Program-made: the position numbers and the translations under genes
Part shown: positions 28,159-37,427 of the stretch, one piece after another
Numbering within the stretch: the stretch's first letter is position 1
Layout of the letters: every line of letters begins with the position of its first letter
NCBI GenBank assembly: GCA_963817465.1
Contig: CAWFOP010000009.1
Span: 93,920 to 157,919 of the forward strand
DNA length: 64,000 nucleotides
Direction: 5' to 3'
Origin: an uncultured Acidobacteriota bacterium
Lineage (GTDB): Bacteria; Acidobacteriota; Terriglobia; Bryobacterales; UBA6623
Notes under the pieces: generated by a model
The model's input: only the letters and a program-made list of their open reading frames with translations
Told to the model about the DNA's origin: nothing
The model's database searches: none

Positions 28159-29502
28159 ATGGAGAACAAGGAGCTCGAGCGCGCAGTCTTATTCGTCACG
28201 GGCGTATTCCCGCCGGTGAACACGGCGGGGTCGTTCCGCCTGATGCGATTTGTCCGCTGGATGAGCGAACAAGGGTGGGGAGTTGACGTTCTAACCGTCG
28301 AGCCTGACGGGCGCGAGCCGCTTGACCCGGAACTGGAGCGCCGAATCCCCGGCGAAATCCGAGTGCATCGCACTTCAGCGTTCTACCCCCTGCGAAGACT
28401 TGCGCGGTTGAGGAATCGATTCCGGCGGCGCCGCGACGTAGCCGCAAACGATTCGCAGCCGGCGCCGGCCGGACTCGGCGGCGGAAGATCCTCCGGAGGT
28501 TTGCGTTCCCTGGTCGTCGATTTGATGACCAGTCCTGACGATCAGGTTGGCTGGCTTCCTACGGCGGCGATGAAGGGAATAGCGCTCGCACGGAAGCACG
28601 GACACCAAGCGGTCGTCAGTTCGGGCCCGCCGCATACGGCTCATCTCATCAGTTTGATTGTAAAAAAGTTCGCCGGCCTGCCCTGGGTCGCCGACTTTCG
28701 AGATCCTTGGTCGCGGTCGCCTTGGATCGGCCGCAGCGGGTTCTCAGCTTCTCTGAACCGCCGGGCGGAATCGGTTTGCGTTCGGCATGCGGATCGTCTC
28801 GTGCTGAACACACCTCAAATGCGAGAGGAATTTCGTTCTTCTTATCCTGACGCGCCGGAGCATAAATTCCAGTGCGTGACGAACGGCTTCGAAGAAGACT
28901 TGCTCGATCTTCGTGCGCCGGAGCGGTCGAGGGAGAGAGGGCGATCGATTAGAATCACCCACGCCGGCAACCTGTACGGCCAAAGGGATCCGTCCCCGCT
29001 ACTGAAAGCCGCGGCCGAGCTCGTGCGCGGAGGTCGCCTGCGCAGCGATGGTTTGGAGATGGTTTTTGTCGGAGCGGTCGAACCGGACATTCGACTCCGC
29101 GAGACGGCGGAAGAACTGGGCCTGGCCGGCATGGTGCGGATCTTGCCGAAGATGCCTCACCGCAAGGCGTTGGAGCTTCTGGCGCAATCGGACATCCTAT
29201 TGCTCATCCAGCCCAAGACGGCTGTTCAAACGCCGTCGAAGCTTTTCGAATACATGGCTTTGAAATTGCCGATCTTAGCGCTAACCGATCCTGGTGCGGC
29301 GAGGGAAATCATCGAACGCGGGCGGCTCGGCATTGCGGCGTCTCCCAACGACGAGGCAGGCGTCCGAGAGGCGCTGGCGGAGGTGACGGGAGGGACGTAT
29401 CAGTTTCTACCCGACGAGGACTTCATCCTCAGCTACTCGGGGAACCGCTTGTCGAGCGCCTTTGAGCGGATCGTCATTGACGCTTTGTCGAACGGGTCGT
29501 GA
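28159..29502 (+). CDS. Glycosyltransferase, GT-B/GT4-like
   Basis: 447-aa ORF. 'AVLFVTGVFPPVNTAGSFRLMRF...', 'ITHAGNLYGQRDP', 'PSKLFEYMALKLPILALT'. Confidence 0.75.
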   Translation: MENKELERAVLFVTGVFPPVNTAGSFRLMRFVRWMSEQGWGVDVLTVEPDGREPLDPELERRIPGEIRVHRTSAFYPLRRLARLRNRFRRRRDVAANDSQPAPAGLGGGRSSGGLRSLVVDLMTSPDDQVGWLPTAAMKGIALARKHGHQAVVSSGPPHTAHLISLIVKKFAGLPWVADFRDPWSRSPWIGRSGFSASLNRRAESVCVRHADRLVLNTPQMREEFRSSYPDAPEHKFQCVTNGFEEDLLDLRAPERSRERGRSIRITHAGNLYGQRDPSPLLKAAAELVRGGRLRSDGLEMVFVGAVEPDIRLRETAEELGLAGMVRILPKMPHRKALELLAQSDILLLIQPKTAVQTPSKLFEYMALKLPILALTDPGAAREIIERGRLGIAASPNDEAGVREALAEVTGGTYQFLPDEDFILSYSGNRLSSAFERIVIDALSNGS

Positions 29503-29518
29503 TCGGAAATTTGTAGGC

Positions 29519-30722
29519 CTATGCTAATTTCGCCGCCCAATCGAGATAGGTTTCGCATAGCCTCTCACCGATCACCGACCAATCGTAACGCCTTTCAACG
29601 AGACTGATTCCAGCCGCGACGAGGTCTTTCTCCAACCGCGGCTCGGTCCGCAGTCGGGCCACGGCATCGACCCACTCGGATTTATGGGCCGCCCGCAGCA
29701 GGTGCACCCCAGCGGTTGCGTTCAGTCCCTCGTAGCCGACTTCGGTTGAAATCACGGGCACTCGGGCGGCCATCGCCTCCAATATCTTCAGGCGCGTTCC
29801 GCCGCCGGTCGTGAGAGGCACGACTGCCGCAACGCTTTCCGCGTAGTAGGGCAGCACATCAGGCACCGTTCCGGTCACCTCGACGCCGGGCAGGTGACCC
29901 AGAGCCGTCACGTCAGGCGTCGGCTTGGCTCCCACCAGCGTGAGCGTGAGGTCGGGAAACCGCGAGCGAATGTCGGGCCAGTCTTCTTTCGCAAATCGTA
30001 TTGCCGCGGCCGCGTTTGCGTGATAGTTCATGGAACCGACGAAAACGAGCCGAAACCGATGTTTGGAAGAACAGTCCGCAGCGGAGAACCGCGCTACGTC
30101 CACGCCGTTCTCGATTACGGCGATGCGCGCGTGCGGCGCTCTGGACGCAAGCAAACGCCTCTCACGCTCGCTGCAAACCAAATGACCGCCGGACCCCGCC
30201 AGCAAGCGATCCTCGAAGCGCGCCCACTTTGCAGCGGTCAGCTTCGCATAAAGAGAGCGGACGAAAGTCGCCTCGGCGCTGTACCGAAGAAGCAGTTCGG
30301 ATTCGATATTGTGCCAGTTGAAGACCGTCGTGGAATTGGGCGACAGTTCTGAGAACAGCCGGTCAAACCGACCTAAGTGCAGCCCATCAACGTGTATCAG
30401 ATCGTATCGTTGCTCGCGGAGGGCGCGGCCAATGACGGCGGCCATCTCACGAGAGTGGTAGTTGAGGACAGGAAGCGGGAGCGGACCTACCAGGCCGGCC
30501 GCGATCTTGGCAAGAGAATACGGCTGCGGCGGAGATACGAATGTCGACCTGACGGCAAAACCTCAACGCATCGCGCGCGGATTGCTCTTCGACGCCCGAA
30601 TGGAATCCGATGAAAGTAAGATCGAAACGCTCCGCAAGGGCCTTGGCGAAGTAGTAATCGCGGAGACGCGCGCCGCCGGAGAGCGGCCAGTTCTGGCGCG
30701 GCGTGACATACAGAATGCGCAT
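29519..30722 (-). pseudogene. Glycosyltransferase family 4 (resembles the PEP-CTERM/EpsH1-associated sugar transferase type), split by a +1 frameshift as sequenced
   Basis: N-terminus 'MRILYVTPRQNWPLSGGARLRDYYFAKALAERFDLTFIGF' (ATG 30722, ORF 30447..30752) continues in another frame as '...PQPYSLAKIAAGLVGPLPLPVLNYHSREMAAVIGRALREQRYDLIHVDG...' (ORF 29519..30445). The switch lies within about 30520-30555. Span is 1204 nt (3n+1). Confidence 0.8.
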
Positions 30723-30782
30723 CCGAACGCGGCTCAGGCTGACGCCTTTCACCTTTACCCCAATAATAGCTGCCGCCCCGTG

Positions 30783-31970
30783 CTACACCGGAGAACCTTG
30801 CTGCAGACGCCGCCACAGGCGAAGATCCCGGGACTTTTCAAACGGCAGCCGCCCCATCGCGATGTCGATCATGTCGCGAAAGTATTCCGCGAAGGCGGCT
30901 TCCGACAAATACTCCAGGGCGGCGGCGCGCGCGTGAGCTCCCATTTCGCGCGCTTCCGTTGGGTCGCTCAAGATCCGCCGCAGCTTCTCCGCGAGGTCTT
31001 GGCTGTCGCCGGCTTTCACGATCAAGGCCTCGCGACCGTCGTCCAAGTAGTGGGGGATGCCGTCGACCGCCGCCGCGACGATCGGCTTCGCCGCCGTCAT
31101 CGCCTCGATAACGACCCTGGGCATGCCTTCGGCCCGCGAAGGACAGGCCAGGACGCGGCAAGCTTGGACCATTTTCAGGGCCTTTGAGTGAAGAACCGGC
31201 TTTAAGATCTCGATGCGAGGATCGCCCGCCGCCAGATCTCGAAAATAGCCCTCGTCGTGGCTGTATCCGACGACCGTCAACTTCAGATCGGGGAACTCGT
31301 CCTCTATGCTCTTAAATGCCTCGATCGCCAAGTCGACGCCCTTCCGATAAAATGGACCGCCGAGTACGAGAATCGCGTTATTCGACTCTTCCCCGATTTC
31401 AATTGATGAAACCGCCGTGTAGTAGTGGAAGGCGCTTATTTTTTCACGAGGGATATCGACGACATCCCGCAACTGGCCTGGAAACAGTAGCCTCAGACGA
31501 TCGGCGGCTCGAGCAATGAAAGGGCTCGTGGTCTTAGAAACGAACAGCTTGATTCGATCCTGACGGCCGGGAATAGCCGAGTTGTATTGATATGACGTTA
31601 TCGGATTTGCGGGGAAGTCGACGATGAGAGGAGCGCCGGTCAGAAACCTTAGGAACAGACCGGCGTAGGCTGTTGTGAAAGGACCGTAGGCGACGATCGC
31701 ATCCACCCGTTGTTTCGTTCGATGAAGTTTCCATCCGTGAAAGACGTAGAAAGCGAACGTGAGGAACGCCTTGAGCGGGAAGGGCCAGTGATAGCTTCGC
31801 ACCCTGTGGTATTCGAAACGCCCGATCTTCGTCGCCGCCTTCTTCTCTCGTTCCCACGTAGGACTCAGGATGTAACCGCTGAGGCAAGTGGATAGCGATA
31901 AGAATTCATTGTCGTTCGGATCGATCGGTACGGGACTGGGAAACAGGCATAGGATGTTGGGATCTTGCAT
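30783..31970 (-). CDS. Glycosyltransferase family 4
   Basis: 395-aa ORF with C-terminal 'AEGMPRVVIEAMTAAKPIVAAAVDGIPHYL'. Noticeably A/T-richer codons than flanking DNA. Confidence 0.8.
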   Translation of the reverse strand: MQDPNILCLFPSPVPIDPNDNEFLSLSTCLSGYILSPTWEREKKAATKIGRFEYHRVRSYHWPFPLKAFLTFAFYVFHGWKLHRTKQRVDAIVAYGPFTTAYAGLFLRFLTGAPLIVDFPANPITSYQYNSAIPGRQDRIKLFVSKTTSPFIARAADRLRLLFPGQLRDVVDIPREKISAFHYYTAVSSIEIGEESNNAILVLGGPFYRKGVDLAIEAFKSIEDEFPDLKLTVVGYSHDEGYFRDLAAGDPRIEILKPVLHSKALKMVQACRVLACPSRAEGMPRVVIEAMTAAKPIVAAAVDGIPHYLDDGREALIVKAGDSQDLAEKLRRILSDPTEAREMGAHARAAALEYLSEAAFAEYFRDMIDIAMGRLPFEKSRDLRLWRRLQQGSPV

Positions 31971-32144
31971 ATGCTCCAGCCGCGGTCGAATGCGATCCTA
32001 GCTCAAGTCACGGCGCCGGCGCCGAAAAGCCCGCTACGACGGCGCGGAACCCCTAGTGTAACTCGGGTTGAACAGCCGAGCGCCGCGTTGCCGTGGGCCC
32101 GAGAGGATTCGGACCTCCTTATCCTTGGCGTCCGTCCCTGCCTC

Positions 32145-33287
32145 CTAAGACCGAGCTAGGACGGTCCGATAGATGCGCATCACCGATTCTCGGTGGACCT
32201 CCGGGGTAAAGCGATCCGCCGCCTCTTGCTGCGCTCGAGTCGCCAGTCGGCGCGCGAGGGATTCGTCGGAGAGCATCCGCTGCAAGGCGTCAGCGAGCGG
32301 CTCCGCGCGGCCCGGCGCGACCACCAGCGCACTGACGTTGTCGCTCACTACGTCCGGCACTCCGCCCACGTTCGTCGCGATGGAGGGCGTTCCCGCGGCC
32401 ATGGCCTCCAACAGGACGTTCGGACATCCTTCGCTGAATGACGGCAGGACCATCGCCGTGGCCAGCGCATAAAACGGGCCGATGCGTTTGCGGTAACCGG
32501 CGAAGACGACTTGCCCGCTGAGTCCCAAGCGGTCGACCATCTCCGAAAGACGAGCCCATTCCGGCCCCTCCCCTACGAACACAGCCTTCAGGTCCGGCGC
32601 CGTGTTCCGGCCACGTAGAATTTTGAGCGCCTCTAGAAATACGGCGTGTCCCTTTTCTTTGGACATCCGACCCACCGCGAGAAGAACCTTCTCAGATCCC
32701 GTCAAGCCCAACTCCCGCCTCAAGTCGAGAACTTCCTGCGGATCACATGGAGGGATCCCGTCGACGGCGTTGGGCAGAACCGACGTCTTACTCGATGTGA
32801 CGCCGATCCGCTGCAGATCGCGCGCAAACGCCGTACACACGGTAACAACCTGATCGGCGTTTCTTAGGGACACCCGATCGAGCTGGTTGTAGAGCTTCAT
32901 CTTCACATCGGTCGCGGTGTAGCCGTGATGAAATGCGATCCATTTTGTTGCGGCCGGTCTTGAAATCAGGTTGACCAAGAAATGCGATTTTACGCCGTGA
33001 GTCTGAATGATGTCGGGTTCGACGTCTTTAACGAGGGTTTCGATCAGTCGCGGAACGCGGAGGTCAAACCGGAAACGCTCGGGGATGACGAACAGCTTCA
33101 ATCCCGCATCGGCGACTTCCCGCGCAAAGGCGGTGTCGTTCCGATCTGCTAGCGGCCCGCGGCCGAAAGTCGCGATGTCGACGCGAACGGGCTCCTCTCG
33201 GTTCGCGGCCGCTAACCGTCCGAATCGCAGAAGGTTCTTGGCGGGTCCTGTAAGCGTCTGCGCTTCAATGAACGCCAGTATACGCAT
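32145..33287 (-). CDS. Glycosyltransferase family 4
   Basis: 380-aa ORF. 'MRILAFIEAQTLTGPAKNLL', 'VGRMSKEKGH', 'SEGCPNVLLEAMAAGTPSIATNVGGVPDVV'. Confidence 0.85.
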   Translation of the reverse strand: MRILAFIEAQTLTGPAKNLLRFGRLAAANREEPVRVDIATFGRGPLADRNDTAFAREVADAGLKLFVIPERFRFDLRVPRLIETLVKDVEPDIIQTHGVKSHFLVNLISRPAATKWIAFHHGYTATDVKMKLYNQLDRVSLRNADQVVTVCTAFARDLQRIGVTSSKTSVLPNAVDGIPPCDPQEVLDLRRELGLTGSEKVLLAVGRMSKEKGHAVFLEALKILRGRNTAPDLKAVFVGEGPEWARLSEMVDRLGLSGQVVFAGYRKRIGPFYALATAMVLPSFSEGCPNVLLEAMAAGTPSIATNVGGVPDVVSDNVSALVVAPGRAEPLADALQRMLSDESLARRLATRAQQEAADRFTPEVHRESVMRIYRTVLARS

Positions 33288-33298
33288 CGACGTGGGTC

Positions 33299-35086
33299 TT
33301 ACCCAGCGAACTCTTCGGGAGCGGCTTCAACAAGAGCCTTTCCGCTCTCATGTGCACCGCAGATTTGCCAGCAGCGGTTGTACTTGACCGCCGCCTCGAA
33401 CAGGTGGCCACAATCTCGGAGGTGTAATCGGGCCAGCCACAGCGCCCCGTGGAGCCTGCTCCTGCTCAATAGATCGTCGGGAAAACGGCTCTCTTTTAGA
33501 ACAGCAATGCCTCCCGCCATTTGCTTCGCTCTCAATGCCGTTCGCCTGGCCACGTCCGGCTCCCACTGGGTCACGGCACTGGACGGAAGCGGACAGGGCT
33601 CGTGATCCGGGTAGGCCTGCCAAGGTATCGATCTGATTTCCTCCCTAAACTCTTCGAACCACATCATATAGAAGTGATGCCGGAGTCCGTCGTCAATGCG
33701 GCCTGAGGCAAAAATGGCGGCCACGTTCGCATCGAAGAACGGAAGCTGATACTCGATGCGCGTCTTGTCGACATTTTCAAAATGCCCGGCGAGGTGCCGT
33801 CGTTGATCATTTCTAATCAAGAAGTAGTACAATTCCCTTCCGGGATCGTCGCATCGCAGACACTCGAGTTCTTCCAACATGCCACGCTTCGGCATCTCAA
33901 TCGCTCGCGCTCGACGCGTTCGAGAAAGAATGCCCGCTCCCACGCTGGTGAACTGTTGCGCGAGAAACTCTTCGACCGCCGCCTCTCGCCGGCCCGCCCT
34001 GAGCGCTTGCACCATCGCTTCGGTCAAATAGACATGGCCGCCAATCACGCTGCCCCCGTCGCCGCCCCAAATGGTTCGGCGACGCTCGCCGGCGGAATAC
34101 GGCTCCGAGTCGCCACGTGCGACCGCAGCGGCGACCAACCTTGGCCAATCCTCGCCCCCGCCTTCCACCGAATTTACCGATCGTTCGAAGTGGTTTGTTC
34201 CGATGCGATCCGCGGCTTGCCGAGCTAAGCATTCGTCAGCCCAGCCCGCTGGAGAGAAATTGTACGTATTAACTTTAGTTCCCAATTCCAGCAGCGCCCC
34301 GACGACACATCTCGAGTCCAATCCGCCGCTTAGGAAAGCGTTCACGGTGTCGTCAGATCGTAAGCGAAGGCGGACAGCTCTGCTGAATTCTTCGGAGAGA
34401 CGCTTGGCTAAAGTCGGGGCAGCCTCGCACGCCGTTTCGATCTCATCCAAACGGAAGTATGCCCTGCTTCGAATGCGCTCACCGCGGCCGAAGTCGACAA
34501 TCTGACCGCCGCTCATTGCCTTCACCTGTCGATACGCGGTTCGCTCTCCAAGAGGAAATCCAAACGCCACCGTTTCGACTAGGCCTCTTTCGTCGACATC
34601 AAGGGCTAGAGAAGGACAATTCTCGATGATCCGAAGAGCCGATGTCACAATGACGGCATCGCCATCAGTCCAATAATACATTGGACGAACTCCGAGCTTG
34701 TCCGTAAAAATCGAAAGGTTCCCGTCATGAGCGAACACGCCGCAGAACGTGCCTCGTGCGCGCTCTAGGACGCTCCAATCATCAGCTTTGAACCGCTCGT
34801 GAGCCGCCTGCAGCTCTGCAAGGCGGCTTTCCGTGATGAGCGCGTCCATCTCGTCGCCGTCTAGAATCAACTCGCCGGCTAAGAGCGACAGGGCGCCTTT
34901 GTCGTCGACGAACCCGGGCGATTCGTACGCGCCGGTTTCGACTTTTACGAAATACGAGCTCGGCTGTTCAAATACGTGAACAGTGTTCCTCGCGTCTCTC
35001 GACGCCGCGGCTCTTACTTCGTCGCAGATCGACCGACGAAGCCGACGTCGGTCGCCTGTTAGAAATAACCCACATATTACACTCAT
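33299..35086 (-). CDS. Asparagine synthetase (AsnB)-like amidotransferase, divergent N-terminal domain
   Basis: ORF 33299..35134(-), trimmed to ATG 35086 ('MSVICGLFL'). PP-loop 'AFLSGGLDSRCV'. 'GTFCGVFAHDGNLSIFTDKLGVRPMYYW' resembles the end of a class-II GATase domain. Confidence 0.8.
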   Translation of the reverse strand: MSVICGLFLTGDRRRLRRSICDEVRAAASRDARNTVHVFEQPSSYFVKVETGAYESPGFVDDKGALSLLAGELILDGDEMDALITESRLAELQAAHERFKADDWSVLERARGTFCGVFAHDGNLSIFTDKLGVRPMYYWTDGDAVIVTSALRIIENCPSLALDVDERGLVETVAFGFPLGERTAYRQVKAMSGGQIVDFGRGERIRSRAYFRLDEIETACEAAPTLAKRLSEEFSRAVRLRLRSDDTVNAFLSGGLDSRCVVGALLELGTKVNTYNFSPAGWADECLARQAADRIGTNHFERSVNSVEGGGEDWPRLVAAAVARGDSEPYSAGERRRTIWGGDGGSVIGGHVYLTEAMVQALRAGRREAAVEEFLAQQFTSVGAGILSRTRRARAIEMPKRGMLEELECLRCDDPGRELYYFLIRNDQRRHLAGHFENVDKTRIEYQLPFFDANVAAIFASGRIDDGLRHHFYMMWFEEFREEIRSIPWQAYPDHEPCPLPSSAVTQWEPDVARRTALRAKQMAGGIAVLKESRFPDDLLSRSRLHGALWLARLHLRDCGHLFEAAVKYNRCWQICGAHESGKALVEAAPEEFAG

Positions 35087-35678
35087 TTCAAGTGGCCTGT
35101 CCCTTCCCTGAGCGGCGCAATCCAGCATCTGCAAGCCCTAGTCATTTCGATCGCTGGTATTCGGCGCGACCCTGCGCCCGGCTCAGTCGCTCGACATATC
35201 GTACCCGCGGAGCATCTCGAGATCTTGTGAGTCTGCCAATTCGGCTCGATTGTCAATGTGGATGTCTTCTCGCCGGCGGGCCGCGACCTCGATATGAAGT
35301 CGCGTAGCAAAGGGTTCTCATTCGGGAACGGCGCCTCGGTCTGCCCTGGGAGATCCCGCGCCAAGCCGATCGCCGTGCCCGACGACGCAGTCCACGGACC
35401 GTCACGATTCCGGCCACTGTCCACAGTGGACCATAATACACCACGACCCCTAACGAACGGCCCTTTGAGACAAGGCTCCGCGACACCCGGATTTGTCTCA
35501 AGCCGACACCCGTGCGGCGACCGGCGATGCGGTACACTGGGGGCCAGGAGATCGTAAACGTCCGGCTGCACCGCGTCTGCGTGAGTTCAGATATCGGTTA
35601 TGCCCTCCAGAGCACATGGGGTGACAAGTGAATCCTAATGACATTCGCTCTATCCGCACGGTCTTTTTATAGTTCGCT

Positions 35679-37209
35679 GTGACGCGAGCTCCTCTCAGTC
35701 TCGCCGTAGCCGCTAACATTGCCTCCCACGCGGTCGCGGTCGTCCTCAGCTTTGTCATTTCTCCGATGCTCGTCCGCGGTCTTGGAGTGGACCGCTACGG
35801 CGCTTGGGCGATGGTCGGGGAAATCTTCGCCTACTACGTTCTTCTCGATTTCGGACTTAGAAGCGCTGTCGCCCATTACACGGCACGATACTTTGCGCAG
35901 CAGCGAAGATTCTCGTGCGATAAACAGCCTGGCGACGGCTTTTTGGGTTCTATTGCTTCTCGGCGCGGTCGGCGGGCTTGCCGGCGTGGGTTTTGCTTAC
36001 ATCGCCCCGGACCTGTTCTCCATCGGCGAGATCCCGCGGGCCGAGTTCTCGCTGGCGATGAGCATCATGGCGGCTAACGTCGCCTTCGACCTTCCGATGC
36101 AGGTCTTCGCCGGCGCCCTTGTCGGCCGTCAACGCCTGGATCTCACGAACCTCGCGGAAATCGGAGCTCAGTTGGTCAGCGCCGCGGCTATCTTAGTCGT
36201 CCTGCATGGAGGCGGCTTGTTGGTAGCGGTGAGCATTGCGCAAGGGAGCGGCCGCGTGCTTCGCTGGATCGCCCTGCTTGTCGCGGCCAAGCGCTGCGTT
36301 CCGGGCTTCTCTGTTTCCCCTCGCTACTTCTCGCGAATTGAGCTGGACTCTCTGGTTGGGATCGGCAGCCGCAAGATCGTCATGGACATCGCCGGGCTGG
36401 TTTCGAACCGTGCGGATCTGCTCGTGACGAGTTCCTTTTTGGGGCTGCAATGGACCGGGTACTATAACCTGGGGCGCGCCCTCGCTAATGCCGTAAGGTC
36501 CGCCAATTCCGCTCTCGGGTTGGCTTTTACTCCGCGACTGACGGAATTGCACGCAAAGTCAGCGACGGAAGAATTGCACCGATCCTTCTTGTTTCTAACA
36601 TCCTTATCTGCAGTATTTTCTTGGGTGTCGGCCGCCTGCGTCATTTTTTTTGCGCAGCCGTTTATCAGGCTTTGGGTCGGATCGCAATTCTTAGCGGGGC
36701 CTGTCGCCATGCGAACCGATACGGTGGCTATCATCCTCATGCTGGCTGCGCTGCCGCGAATGATCCAGAGCAGTTCATGGCAACTCGTATTCGCCTCCGG
36801 ACAGCTTTCTTACCTAGCGCGGCTGGAAGTGATGAGTGCGATTGTCAATTTGGTCCTAAGCCTGATCTTGGTGCGCCCTTTGGGCCTGGCCGGAGTTGCC
36901 CTCGGAACGTTGATCCCGAGCATCCTGTTTACCGGCGTCTTGCTTCCCATTCATATATCGAAGGAGTTTGGCATCAACCGGAGCGAATGGGCGCCTCGAG
37001 TCGTGCTGCGGCCGCTGGCGGCCGCGGCGGTGACGGCCGGGGCAATCCTATTCATGCGCTGGGTTCGGGAGCCGGCTTCATGGCCGGTGATGGCCGTTGA
37101 GTGCGCAATGACATCGGTCATCGCCGCGTTCTTGACCTTCTACGGAGGATTGGATCGGTCAGGGCGAAATGAGGCGCTTCGGCGCATCCGGAGCCTCTCC
37201 CTGCGGTAG
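35679..37209 (+). pseudogene. Polysaccharide/oligosaccharide flippase (Wzx-like, MOP superfamily), split by a +1 frameshift as sequenced
   Basis: GTG 35679 opens 'MTRAPLSLAVAANIASHAVAVVLSFVISPMLVRGLGVDRYGAWAMVGEIFAYYVLLDFGLRSAVAHYTARYFAQQ'. The sequence continues in the +1 frame (ORF 35719..37209) as 'EDSRAINSLATAFWVLLLLGAVGG...' with many TM helices. The switch is at about 35898-35906. Span is 1531 nt (3n+1). Confidence 0.8.
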
Positions 37210-37304
37210 GCCCGGGCGTCAAAGTCTTGTAGCGCCCCTGATGCGGCCATGGGGGGCAATCGAAGCGAAAGCTCAGAAGCGACGGCGCCAAGTCGCCGGA
37301 GGAA

Positions 37305-37381
37305 TGGTCGGGGCGCGGGGATTCGAACCCCGGACCTCCTGCTCCCGAAGCAGGCGCGCTACCAGGCTGCGCTACGCCCCG
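37305..37381 (-). tRNA. tRNA-Pro (anticodon CGG), CCA encoded
   Basis: The reverse complement CGGGGCGTAGCGCAGCCTGGTAGCGCGCCTGCTTCGGGAGCAGGAGGTCCGGGGTTCGAATCCCCGCGCCCCGACCA folds by eye into a cloverleaf. Acceptor CGGGGCG/CGCCCCG, D stem GCGC/GCGC, anticodon stem CCTGC/GCAGG with loop TTCGGGA, T stem CGGGG/CCCCG with loop TTCGAAT. Confidence 0.95.
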
Positions 37382-37427
37382 ACGGTTTTGACAAGGGAGC
37401 TACACCGAGTGTATCTGATCGGAGACG

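Noticed and set aside
35083-35571. Track ORFs inside the long EPS intergenic region (35083..35571-, 35253..35537-, 35258..35557+)
   Set aside because: They are mutually overlapping, Arg/Pro/Gly-rich, have no motifs and lack credible RBS context. The region is treated as non-coding or a possible gene remnant.
24801-37381. Calling the EPS block a mobile genomic island integrated at tRNA-Pro
   Set aside because: No integrase, transposase or conjugation gene is present, and I spotted no direct repeat of the tRNA 3' end at the far boundary. Only the composition shift and tRNA adjacency support the idea, so it is reported as a hypothesis, not as a mobile_element feature.
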